A DNA stretch of 54,742 nt, the filler included, from Circinaria calcarea (Eukaryota), in the NCBI GenBank assembly GCA_051942165.1. It is 4 parts of 4 records of this genome, joined end to end, with 100 filler letters (N's around TTAATTAATTAA, not from the genome) between each part and the next. Parts side by side here need not be neighbours in the genome. Positions count along the whole stretch, not along the records: positions 1 to 13,621 come from JAVECS010000483.1; 3 more parts are not named here. One strand, given 5' to 3'. The translations under genes and the position numbers were made by a program. The notes under the pieces were generated by a model. It made no database searches. It had not been told where the DNA came from and worked only from the letters and a program-made list of their open reading frames with translations. Below, in pieces: positions 1-11,950 of this stretch. The first letter of the stretch is position 1. Each line of letters starts with the position of its first letter.

Positions 1-292
1 GGATCTTGGTAAGTAGAAGGCGAGTAACACCCTGTCAGACCTGGTCAGTCCCTGAGACCGTGTACTCGTACTGTGCTGGCGATGAGCTTACGTCCTGCTG
101 GCAGTTCATGCATAAGCTCTCAATCTCTTCCACCACCTTCAAGTCATCCTCTCCACCCCCTTCAGGTTCCGTGTTTGGGTATCTCAAGCTCAAGTTGGCG
201 ACTTGGTCGCTAACGGGCAGAAAAAGTTCTGCACGTCGCTCAGCACGCTCGTGCTCAGCGTCACGGCGGGATTGGAGAATGTCATCTTCCAT
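1..292 (-). CDS. ZPR1: Zinc finger protein ZPR1, N-terminal part (runs off the window start)
   Basis: Exon 292-92 ends KVVEEIESLCMNCQQD. A GTAAGC...CTGACAG intron (91-32) follows, then exon 31-1 reads GVTRLLLTKI. This matches the ZPR1 motif IESLCMNCxxxGxTRLLLTKIP. Confidence 0.9.
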
Positions 293-1602
293 AGTTGTCG
301 TAAGGTGATTGAGCCGTGTTAAGAAAAGTGGTTGGAGTATGTATTAGCCGATCGGTGAGTGATAGCCTCGTGATAGTGACTTTAACACTTGTCCTAGTAT
401 ACAAGAGACCTGTTGTAGATGTCGGATTCTGGAAATCTTCACCTTGGGCAAGGACATGACGCCGGTTGGATGATCGACAGTGCCGCGATTAAAAAGAGGT
501 GACAAATCACGCTAGAGGACGGAGCAAGGGATGGGCCGGCACGGCCGGTTAGCTGCCATGCTAAGGCCCGGAGGAAGGACCTTCCCCCAACCCGATGTAC
601 AATTAATTTACTTATGTTGGTTAAATGGAAGTCGCACAGTGTACGAAGTATTCCACTCCTCGCTCCTGCTTTTGTTCCTCTCAGCTTCGTCTTCTTCCGC
701 TTTCTATTCTACTACTGTGCCAGACTTCTCGCAAAATATCTCGCCATATTCCATTAGCGCCCAAGGCGGAAGAGACGGGAGGAAACATCGATAGACAGAT
801 CACCGATGCAAATGGCCACCACAACTCGACTGGATATGCAGTCAGGCCTTTGTCGGGGCTAGGACATTATAACAGCCTCCGTTTTTATGGATGAACAGTA
901 CGAACTAGCTGCGACATAAGTCAAGCCTAACAGGGGTTATCAGGACCCGCGAAAAATGCAGGACAGGGAGATAGGAGGAGACATATTCCCAAGATGATCC
1001 TGATTAGCTATCCAAGAAACTGTCAAGAGACAGATACCAGCTATTTTATTGGAGCCTTTCCACTTCTCTCCGAAATAACCATCGTCTTGATATCATTCAA
1101 TCGTCATCGACAACAAATCAAACTTGCTTATACTTGGAGCACGCTAGTACATTCATTCTCATTCTCACTTCTATGTTTTGGTCATGTTCAGGCTGGGCAA
1201 CGTCGAGAATGTATTGAATCTTCGAAAATATACTTCTTAGATACGGAGAGATTAGAGTCTCCGTCAAGATTATATTTCCTACGCTGAGTAATCAGCATTA
1301 CCAGTTACGTCAGTAGTTGCGCTCATCAATTGATCATATCTTAAATATTGTCATCTACGCTCTTCTATTTGACCGACTATGGTCGCGATCTAGGTCGTCA
1401 TGATACAATTGATGTACCGGACTAAGCGTTGCCGAGAGTGAAACACTCAACTTGTATGACTCCGCCAACCAGATCTCGCGACAGAACAGTTAGTTTCGGC
1501 GAACTTGGAAATGCTGCATTGGCCATTTTGTTGAAGGCTGTTATCGTTTGGTGGTAAAAGTACTTCAGCCAACACATGTCCAACTAATAACGGCCCTCTG
1601 GG

Positions 1603-3390
1603 TTATCCAGACCCCATGCCTCGGCCCCTTCCACGCCCTCTTCCTCCAATGCCCCCTCTTCCGCCTCCTCTGCCTGTTCCGCCTCGAGTTGCTCCCCGAT
1701 TACTCCCTGCCCTCTGCGTCTCCACCCTAGATCCTTGTTGCATCCTCTTTGCCCTCTCCTCCTCGTTTAGGTCGAACGGGTTTGCTATGTCAAGCATTTT
1801 ACAGAAGCGCACTGTCTGTGGATTCGTATACTCCTTTGGCTGACCTACGCTTCCAATGTTGTCTTTTGGGTCAAATACCGGAGCGGTGATCTCAAAATTC
1901 TCTGGAATGAACATTTTCCCTTGTGCTACAAGGTTCCGTTCAACCCAGTCCTCTTCCGATTTTATCATCGGTAAGTAATGGGCATCGCCTTTGTTCGGTG
2001 GAACGGAGGTTTGGAGGTTTCCAAGGCTAAGGTCTGGCGCAAAGACACGAGTAATGGCCAACCATTCTTTGTCGTAGGAGAGGCGATAAGGGCGGCTATA
2101 TGAAGGTGTGCTGGCTTTGCTCTTGGGTTCAATCTCAAGAAACTGAAGAAACTTCCGATTGGGTAGACATTTATCTAGAGCAAGGAACCGTGTCGTCTTA
2201 TTAGAGATAGACTCTGGAAATGGTAGGGTAGGTTTCGGCGCTGGAATAGCTGGTCGAGCGAAAGAGGCCGGAAGAAGGGCACGAATGTCTTCAGAGATCA
2301 CCGGGGTTTCAGTGATGGGCACGTTATGCATAGATCCTGTGCTGTTTGTTGGCCGCTTTGGGGCCTTGCGAGGAGAATCCTCATCGTCAATCTCGATTTT
2401 CATCTCATCCGTATTTCGTTGCGGAGTACTAGGCCTAGGTAATTCTGCAATGTCATCTAGTTCGAGACTTATCTCATTAGGGTTATGCACACCGTTTAAA
2501 GTAAGAGACATTCCTGGGTTTTTCGGCTGTCCGCTTTTGGAAGAAGAGGTTTCGTGATGATCGTGATTAACAACAGCAGCAAATTTGCAGTGGAGATGTG
2601 CAGAGAACCAATGGGAGGGTCGCAGTCGGTCCATCACGTACTTCGCAGCCGAACTTCCCAAAGTACCTGCTCGAGCATCGGCCTCGAAGAGATCTTTCTT
2701 TGCAAATAGAGCCTTCCAGTCACCCATCCATTCTACTCCTCTTGGCCAGTCGTGACTGATCCCTACATCTACCTGGCTTCTGACTTGAAGTAGCTTTCTA
2801 ACGTCCAGTTCTCTAACGTGATAGATGCTCCGTATGTCATCCTGGCTATACGGAAGGCGTTCATAATGAGTCTTGTTGTAACTATATCCTTTCCAGATCC
2901 CCGACAGACCTGCAATCCGTAATGGTCCTACGTGAACGATGTTGGCCGCACCCAGGTAGTAAATATTTGGGGCTACCCAACCTCCGTGGTAGAGCTCAAA
3001 GAGATGATTGCTAGCTTCGTGGTTACCTCCAACGAACAACGTTAGATATGGCGCCTTTCGACGCCCGCTGTAGTACTCATGAAAGTCTCCAATTTTACGA
3101 TACTTAATTGGCACTGCCATACAACTCAGATCATACGTGTTTCGGACTGCCTTGGAAACTTAGCTCACGGAGACCTATCTTTGGACAGGTGGACGCTACC
3201 TGGAAATCACCACCGATGATAAGGAGGTCAATACCATCCCAGCCGTTGATCTTGCATGACTTTTTGATGGATGCATAAATGGCATTCAATGTTCCATGCC
3301 CCTATCAATCTAGTCAGCGGTAATCGTTAGGTGCATAATCCTGGATCCTACACAGCCCTCAACAGCAATCCGTACGGTCTGAGCGGGCAT
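1603..3390 (-). CDS. DBR1: RNA lariat debranching enzyme
   Basis: Exons 3390-3352, 3301-3200 and 3150-1603 with GT-AG introns. Motifs RIAVEGCGHG, IGGDFQ, GGNHEASN, SHDWP, WFSAHLH and TRFLALDKCLP. RGG-rich C-terminal tail. Confidence 0.95.
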
Positions 3391-3839
3391 TATCAAATTC
3401 GCTAGGTGGCCACAGTATTCCAACTCTGTATTATGGGAGGGAAGTATCGGCGTGGAATCGCTGCCACTTGAGGAAATACGTCCTTAGACAAACAATTTAA
3501 CAATTATTTGACGGTCATTGTGGCGGGACAGTTGGACATTTGGACCACCCCCGGTGACTGGACCCACGCGGGGGGTTGCGCATATTTGGGTCCTCGTGGT
3601 TCGAAGCGAGTCGGGTCGAAAGCTTATCCGTGCGGCCGGTAGGGCTACGGCCTTCTGTTAGAGTTTCGTTGCTTAAAATGGAAAAGGCACCTAAGGCTGC
3701 GAGCTGAGAAGTAAGCTAGTCCATACAAGGCGTAGCGTCTTACCCGGTACAACCACATACACTTATCGAACTGCGGCTGTCAATGCCCTATCACCATTGA
3801 CATCCATCTGTGTAAGGTGTTGCACTGCGACCCAATAGC

Positions 3840-4397
3840 ATGAGCATGGATCCTCGTTTTGGTTTTCTCGGCTCTGCCGCCAAGTTTTACAGCACCGTTG
3901 CACCCGAAGCCTCTTCATACCTGATGAACCAGCGTCATGAACTTACGTCCCTCGAGCATCAAACCATTCACTCCTCAAACCGTGCATGCCAGGCCTGTGG
4001 CGCCTTCGCAATACAAGGCTGGAATATCCGTTCACAGTTAGTTGCACACCGACAGTCTGCCACTTCTAAATCGGCATCGTGGCGGTACAGGCGCCGAGCG
4101 AATACCCCGGATGGCGTAAGGGCGAACAAGATTCTCGAGACGCATTGTTTAAGGTGTTACCGTTTCACTCAGCTGCACATCTCTACAACGAAGCGCGTAC
4201 TGCTAGGTCTGGAATCTTCTGACCTGTCCGTTCCACTAGATCCGTTTTCCATCAGTATAGTGAAGACTGCAAGCAAAAGAAGAGCTAAGAAGAATCGCAA
4301 GCAAGGGGGTCTTCGAGAACTTCTAGCAAAGTCAATTATCAAGTCAGACGAACCAAGCCACGGCCTAGGCCTCATGGATCTTATGAAGAAAGTATGA
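3840..4397 (+). CDS. Rpr2/Rpp21/Snm1-family RNase P/MRP subunit-like protein
   Basis: 185-aa ORF with an N-terminal FLxSAA...AP.ASSYL helix, zinc-ribbon pairs CQACG and CLRC, and a basic tail KRRAKKNRKQGGLRELL...GLMDLMK. This resembles fungal Rpr2-domain proteins (recognised from memory). Confidence 0.65.
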   Translation: MSMDPRFGFLGSAAKFYSTVAPEASSYLMNQRHELTSLEHQTIHSSNRACQACGAFAIQGWNIRSQLVAHRQSATSKSASWRYRRRANTPDGVRANKILETHCLRCYRFTQLHISTTKRVLLGLESSDLSVPLDPFSISIVKTASKRRAKKNRKQGGLRELLAKSIIKSDEPSHGLGLMDLMKKV

Positions 4398-4919
4398 AAT
4401 GGGCAGCTTCCTCAGCGGGTGATCGACTTCATCTCAAGCTAACCTGATTGATCAACATGACCGAAGGTTTCGTACTCGACATACAGCCTGTTCTGATATG
4501 GATCTCGACTTTGCTGGATGAAATGAGTGATTCATGGCTACATTGTTCTCGAGTGACGAAATAGGTGATACAGCAAGCAATTTAACTTATACCAATAGAG
4601 CTGGGCCAGAAAGGGGTGTACGTTGGTAATGTTAAGCTCATCTTGTTACCGGCTCCATGGTCGGCTCTCACTCGGTGGGAGCTGAAGGAAGCTAGAAGCA
4701 TTACTGCAATATCAGCCACGTTGTCCTCGATGTATATCCAATCTCGAGCAGCATGGCTAGATACTTGATCAGTTTGTCGTGGACCTACGTTGTTCTTCTT
4801 GAGGGGAGAATCCGCAAAGACTGTTCCCCTTATCAAATTCGGATACCACCTATCGAGCCGAGTTTAGTAGTCATTGTTTTTTGAGACATAAAGTTACCCA
4901 GTATAACGGCTTCTACGGA

Positions 4920-4979
4920 GTGGACGCTTACTGTATTATGTGGACGCTTACTATGTTATGTGGACGCTTACTGTGTTAT
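4920..4979. repeat. 20-bp tandem repeat, 3 copies
   Basis: GTGGACGCTTACTGTATTAT / GTGGACGCTTACTATGTTAT / GTGGACGCTTACTGTGTTAT. Confidence 0.9.
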
Positions 4980-5544
4980 ATGGATCTTGATTACATATAT
5001 TTCTTGATGACAATCTCAACACATCTATAGGTATTATTGAAAGATCGGGCTATGTTACCAACTATGTGAAGGCAGAGGGCCAGTGAGAAATCCGTTTTAG
5101 ATGGGCCTGCTCCCTTTCAACATGCCTTGGTAACAGCAGAATATGCTTAAAGGCTGTATCAACCTGAAGCATACTTGTTATTAATGGTACGTGTTCAAAA
5201 ACAGTTCGTATTGCCCGCTGGGCTTGCCTACTCTCCCGGTGGTGTTCTTCTGAGTGTGGCGCAACTTACAGGTTTCCTGCGCCAACTTTGGTGAGTTCGG
5301 GAAGTGGTTACAGGATAGACTTGGGACGTACAAATGGTGGATTACGGTCTAACTGACAATGGGCCCATGATAAGTTAGAGGAAATGCAGTAACGTAAGAG
5401 CTTCCGCCAATTGGATATAAATACCAGCATTTCACCATTAGAGCTAATGAACCATTACTTTGCCTAATCAACATTACCACATTGCTGTGAAGCCTCTTTT
5501 ATTTCTAGAATGCTTTTCATCTACGAATACGATCCAAGTATCCC

Positions 5545-6800
5545 CTAGTACCAGATACTCTGCGTATGGTGATGTGGAATCGTCCCGAGCCCCATTGTCT
5601 CCCTTTCTTTGATCGTATCGTATAGAAAATAATCTATGAGTATCGCATTGATGCGCGCTTCTGGGTGCTGACGCACTATCTGGCGACGAATGAGCTCGAC
5701 GCACCAAATGCTGCATCCCCGCAGTTGGACTTCCCAAGGGTGCCCGTTTGGAATCTCCTTGAGAAGTCGAATGTGGTAATCTAGCGGAGGACTGTAACGA
5801 AGGCAGCCTAAGGAATGTAACATTTGAGGAATTCGATAATCTGATCCCATCAACGGCGGACTCTATTGAGCATCGCGACTCACTCACCAGCAAACATCGT
5901 CAGCATATCTATATCATGAAAGCTCCCGTACCCTTCTCCATCGAAACATGCCCAAAGGTCGGCGACCAGTATTTGAGCCCGTTTATAGAACTGGATATTC
6001 TTCCCCTCAAAATGGCTTTCGTCTCTGAAGCAGGGAAAGTTCTCCACTACTAGGTTGACCAATGCTATGGCAGACCCTTTGGCCTCTTGAATACACGTGA
6101 GGAAGCTGCAATCGAATCTCTAAGTCTCGTCAGCCCCTGTTGAGACTTGAGAACTGAGAAGTGATACGAACTTCGTACAGGATCTGGCCAGCTTGTCGCA
6201 TGCAAGCAATTCTTTCTTCAAGCAGCGGTAATTTTCCTGTTGTGGCGGATCTAAATATATACCGCAGGAGCTGTTCTGAGCAGTCGGTCTGGTCTTGCCA
6301 AAAGTCGGAACTGGTAATAGGTACACCTAATGTCCAGATTCATGAGAATTATTTCTCGATAGCTTCGACCTCGTGATTCGCGTACCTTCTTCAATTGCAC
6401 GTTGTAGAGCCGCAACAAGACTCCAGTAGCCTGTCCATTCAGTGCCATGGTAATCTACGGTAAATGGAGCTCCGCCGGGATCGTCCGACCAGAAACAGAA
6501 GTTTAGAAGATCCATAGTGAATATGAATTCAACGGCAGTCCTATCTTTGACCTTCGGGTGGAGTTCATGCGTGGACCAGGATTTGGATGAGTAGCCCTCT
6601 TCGCAGATACGAGCCCAGATATACGACGCAGCGGCTTTGGTGCAGGAGGAATCAATCGTCACATCAGCTGCATTGTCACAGACGTATTCAGCGTCCTTGA
6701 GGACTCTCAACTCGGCCCGTTTTGAAACAGGTTTGACACCAATTCCGAGTGATTCCCGTAGGAGCTCTAACAGCTCATGGTCAACCTCATCATCGGACAT
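5545..6800 (-). CDS. QNG1: Queuosine salvage protein (DUF2419 / C9orf64, queuosine 5'-phosphate N-glycosylase)
   Basis: Four spliced exons give FTMDLLNFCFWSD, WTGYWSLVAALQRA, FPCFRDE, FYKRAQILVADLWACF, LTMFADYRIPQML, NAILIDYFLYD and a C-terminal PHHHTQSIWY, all DUF2419 hallmarks. Confidence 0.9.
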
Positions 6801-7345
6801 ATTAGACCGATCTGGCTATTGTGATCTCGAAATATTTCACCCAAGGAAAAATTCCTTCTCTTCAATGAAAGTGATGTTATCTCATATTTGGTAATGAATG
6901 GGATTACGTGAGACTAGTAGATGGTTCTTATTAGCTTACGCTAATATGAATGTAAAAGAACTTAAGCTCGTGGCATCAATGTCACAATCGTTCTTGAAAG
7001 GAAGTCTGAACGTTCTAAATAGATAATGAGGAAGTCGTGAGACAACGAATGAAATTAAAATAAATCGATGGAGGAAAGACTGGTGCAGGCCAGGGGAGTA
7101 GTTTAGAGCTTATGCTAGTGGGGCGCTAGAATCTGATCGGATCCCTCCCTTAGATGACGTTGGCGTCAAAGCTTATTTGTTTCCATTCTCCTGGCTGCGC
7201 GAAACGCGGCTAGTTTGTTTGCGATCTGTAATTCCAGCCTTACTGTCCATCTTCCAGATTGTCAACTCATGCCATTATCAATGCGCACATTGGTCCTATA
7301 GCTGTCATTGTCGCTCCTGGGGTATAGCAGAGTACTCAGTTTACT

Positions 7346-9673
7346 ATGGGTAGAGAACATTACTCTAAGCAATCCCTAGGGGTTCTTCATGGGCGCATCA
7401 AACAGGTTTGTTGATAGCCTTTCTCTCCTGATTCTGGCTAACCTTATGACCAATAGTCGCGTGTTTTGATGGTAGGGGCAGGTGGTATTGGATGTGAGCT
7501 GCTCAAAAACCTCGTTCTTACTGGGTTCGGAGAAATACATATCGTCGATCTGGATACCATTGATCTCAGCAATCTCAATCGCCAGTTTCTGTTCCGGCAC
7601 GAGCATATCAAGAAATCCAAAGCACTAGTAGGCTCTAGCAACCCCTCATCATATATCTGTACTACGCTCATTCTCATCGCGACAGGTGGCGAAGGAAACC
7701 GCCGAAAGATTCAATCCTTACGTCAAGATCGAAGCTCATCATGCGAACGTCAAAGATCCACAATTCAACGTTGAATGGTTTCAGACATTCGCTATTGTCT
7801 TCAATGCACTGGACAACCTTGACGCGAGACGACATGTGAACAGGATGTGTCTTGCAGCAGACGTACCTCTGATTGAGAGTGGGACAACAGGATTCAACGG
7901 CCAGGTTCAGGTTATCAAAAAGGTACGTGGGCTGACTACGGGCGGATGGTTGTTAATAAAGTGAACTGATAATATCAGGGGAAAACCGAGTGCTATGATT
8001 GCAACCCAAAGGAAGTGCCAAAAAGCTTCCCGGTTTGCACGATCCGAAGTACTCCGAGTCAGCCCATCCACTGCATCGTATGGGCCAAGAGCTACCTATT
8101 CACGTATTATTCCTTGTGTCTTGCTTTGTTGGGGCCTTCTGATTATTCGCAGCGAAATATTTGGTACTAGTGAAGATGAGACACCAGAGTTAGATCACTC
8201 GGAGGACTCCGAGAATGGTACTCTATTCGCGCTGGCTTACGAGAACCCTCACTGATGTAAACATAGCCAGGGAGATTGAGACTCTACGTCAGGAATCGCA
8301 AGCTTTGAAGCAGATTAGGCAATCTATGGGATCAGAAGATTTTGCTAGCTACATATTTCGGAAAGTATACCACGATGATATCAATCGGCTACGAAGTATG
8401 GAGGACATGTGGAAGACACGTAAGGCTCCCTCGGCGCTCGACTTTGATGAGGTGTCCAAGGAAGCACACGGCATCAGTATCTCAACAGCCCAACGCGATC
8501 AGGCAACATGGACCTTAGCAGAGAATTTCACGGTTTTTTTAGACAGGTATGGAGTGGACCTTACCATGTCAGTAATGCACTGACTAGTGAAAGTCTTCAA
8601 CGTCTAAGTAACAGGCAGAAGGACGCTCAACTGCAAGCAAACGACACCGGCGCGCCTCCAATACTGACGTTCGACAAAGATGACGAGGACATACTGGACT
8701 TTGTCACCGCGAGCGCTAATCTGCGATCAATCGTCTTTAGTATTGAAACGAAGTCGAAGTTCGACATCAAACGTAAGTCTTCAATCAGCTAATAGAGGCA
8801 TTCCCTTAATAGTAGTTCAGAAATGGCCGGTAACATCATTCCCGCAATTGCAACTACTAACGCCATGGCCGCTGGACTTTGCGTCTTACAAGCTTTCAAG
8901 GTGATGCGGGACAATCTCAGCAAGGCAAAAATGGTAGAGAAAACCAGATAATAGTTCTTGCTCGTAATATTACAATACTAACGAGTTGAAGGTATTTCTT
9001 GAGCGCTCCGCAGTTCGTGTCATCAATACAGATACGCTAAAACCACCAAATCCAGAGTGCAATGTATGTGGCAATACGCAATCCAGACTAGTAGTGGATA
9101 CAGCCCGTGCTACCCTCAATGACCTGGTCGAGGATGTGCTCAAGCTACAACTGGGCTATGGGAAGGAGTTCACTGTTAATAACGAAATTGGCACCCTCTA
9201 CGACCCAGAGTTAGATGACAACCTTTCCAAAAAGTTTACCGATCTGGGTATTAAAGCCGACAGCTTCCTCACCGTTGTCGACGATGACGAGGATAACCCC
9301 CGCGTAAACCTATCCTTATCCATCTCTGCCAAGTGAGCTTCCATCCCTTTGTTCGTTTCATTTATCGTACCTTAACAGTTGCAGAACACTACCAGAGCAC
9401 TCAAAACCAATGTTCATCCCGGAGAAACTTGACATTGCTCGCAAGCCTAAGCCCAGTAATAAAAACTTACCTAATGGCAATTGGAATGGAACCGTCGCCT
9501 TAAGTAACGGCGCAAACTCGAAGCGAAAGCGCAGCACTGGCGAAGCTGGTCTTGGAGACGTCACGGATCAAATAAAAAAACGTGGCAAGGTGTATGAGAA
9601 GCCATCCAAAGACGAGGACCTAATACACGTCGAAGATACTGGCGATGGTGCAATCGTCATCGAAGATGATTGA
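7346..9673 (+). CDS. UBA2: SUMO-activating enzyme E1 subunit 2 (multi-exon)
   Basis: [49 protein letters not shown], catalytic [35 protein letters not shown] and PNPECNVC. About 9 short GT-AG introns. Confidence 0.95.
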
Positions 9674-9793
9674 ACCTAGATGCCTTTGATTTCTCACTTC
9701 ATGAACTTGGGGCATCTCTGTCCATGTATTCGATTGAGAGTTCGTCTAACTGCGTGGTGTCATGCATAGTCCACTTATACCACGAGAAAGGAG

Positions 9794-10710
9794 TCAGGTT
9801 GCACTTAGGCCTCCATCAAGGTTGAGGATGCAATTATTTGCATATTCATTGGTTGCAAGGAATAATGCTGCATGGGCCACTTCGTCAGGCGTTCCGAACC
9901 GCTTTCGTGGTATGCTGTCCAAGGCTAGGGAATGGGCTCCTTGGGTCATTGCTGCGTTCCACATTAGATTCCTAGCATCGGTCGGCGACTTTACGGTGGT
10001 TTGGATATTACCTCGGGTCATTTCTGTCTCAATGTAGCCAGGAACAATAGCATTCACTCGGATGTTTGAAGATCCTAATTCAACTGCCAAAGACCTCGTA
10101 AGACCTGCAGTGTTCAGAAAGGCATGCATTATGTGGATCATAGCGTTCGATACCTAAGACGCCTGCTTTTGAGGCTGCATACGCCACCGATCCTTTCCCT
10201 CCTTTAAGACCCAGTAACGAAGCGAAGTTGATAATGCATGCCGTATTCTCTATGCTTCTGTGCTGCCTCACCATGGCCTTGGCTACCAGTCGGCATGCCC
10301 ATATCGTTCCTATTAGGTTGGTCTGAATGATGCTTTCAACCAAGTCATGGCTTGTAGTCACTATCAATGACGAATGAGCTATACCGGCTGCATTGACTAA
10401 GATGTCGACGTTGTCCTTTTGAGGGAAATTCAGTCGGGGGTACTGATATCATCAATCGACAATGGTAACATACCACGACATTGCGCATCTGGTTCCAGAA
10501 TGTCCGATTGTGTACATCTCCAGGCCTCACCAACACTTCAGCATCGCTAATTTGCGTAATGTTGTGCCTCGCGCGGTCCAAGGCATCCTTCCCCCTGCTG
10601 ACTAGGATTACCTTCTGAGCGTTTTCCGCCGCAAAGTTTCGAGCGATCGCATAGCCGATCCCACGGGAAGCTCCAGTGATTAGCACGGTTTTGCCTGTTA
10701 AGCTCCCCAT
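9794..10710 (-). CDS. Short-chain dehydrogenase/reductase, 3-oxoacyl-ACP reductase (OAR1/FabG-like)
   Basis: TGASRGIG Rossmann motif, NAAG, TNLIGT, catalytic YAASK, IRVNAIVPGYIET and LDGG. Three GT-AG introns. Confidence 0.85.
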
Positions 10711-11017
10711 GCTATCATTGATTTATTTCGGAGAAAGGATTTTACGAGCAGTATGCATTGATCTTCAATTGGTCGGAATATCGGAACAATGCACGACATA
10801 GATTCCCTTGGGTGACGGTCTGAATAGAAATGTTCATCTGCATGATCATAGTTAGCTGATACAAGCTTAAGGATCGTCTTTCTTCTCTAGCGCACTTTAC
10901 CATACGGTAAAGAAGCGCGATCCTAAGCGCAGCGGCAGGAATAAGCGGCACACGCGTTCTAGACTCTAGCCCCTAGAAATCTTAAGCATAGCTTAACTCA
11001 TTCATTGTCACGCTTCG

Positions 11018-11563
11018 ATGGCTACAAAGCCCACCGAATTCGTTACGCTGGTGTCCAATGATGGATTCGAGTTCATCATCCGCAGGGAAAGCGCCTATGT
11101 TGCAGGTACCATCAAACGCATGCTTGATCCCACAAGTAAGTAAAGATTTCCGGACTTACTACCAGCCCACTAAAGTAAGTGCTGCCCAGGCAACTTCTCC
11201 GAAGCAATAAGTGGACGATGTCTCTTCGAGAACATCAAGTGAGTCTAAAGATTTCCCAGCCATTCTACGACCCCTACCACCATCCTATTCTATCGCACTT
11301 CCTAGGGAGCCTGGACTGCCCTTGGAAAAGGACAAAGACTGCCAAAGCAGCTGGAGCTAATTCAATAGCAGTGGCATAGTCCTCGAAAAGGTCTGTGAGT
11401 ATCTGTACTACAACGAGAAGCACAGGAACTCGAAAGACGTGCCGGATATGGATATACCCCCGGAGTTGTGCTTAGAATTATTGATGGCGGCGGATTATCT
11501 GCACGGTAATCTCGACTCTGACGCTCTGATGGCTTCAAAACTAATAATCTCGTGATAGTCTGA
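11018..11563 (+). CDS. ELC1: Elongin C
   Basis: Not in the ORF track. Four exons read MATKPTEFVTLVSNDGFEFIIRRESAYVAGTIKRML.../NFSEAISGRCLFENI/GIVLEKVCEYLYYNEKHRNSKDVPDMDIPPELCLELLMAADYL, with the stop at 11561-11563. Confidence 0.92.
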
Positions 11564-11950
11564 GTTGGGATCCCATGAGGTAGCAAACAGCAATGGGCAG
11601 ATGCGATTAGAGGAATAGAGAATTACGATACCGACAACCTCTTAATCACCAGATCCCCTGATTTTTGCGGTGTGTACAACTCAGATGGGGATGAATTTTC
11701 GGTGAATGTTACATCGATTTCATCTTTCCGTGGTCTTGATTATGTGGCCAGTATACTTCGTGACACCATCTGAGCATATGCGTTCTGCCCTATTCTCTAC
11801 CATGGGCTGAACGTCTATAGATAATGGCAGAACCAATCATCCATTTCAACAAGGCGACCTCTTATGACCACCTTTACGAAGGCTGCGTTTCATAAGGAAA
11901 TGGGTACACCGGCATATCTGTTTTATGTCTCCTGATATAGTGACCTGCAT

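Noticed and set aside
400..1550. ORFs 531-794, 625-894 and 994-1287 as a gene divergent from ZPR1
   Set aside because: No recognisable motifs. The only spliced model I could build was about 30 aa with a weak donor, which is not supportable without transcripts.
4920..4979. Possible CRISPR-like array (the 45-bp repeat at 46858-46999 was also considered)
   Set aside because: Head-to-tail repeats without unique spacers, no cas genes, and a eukaryotic context.
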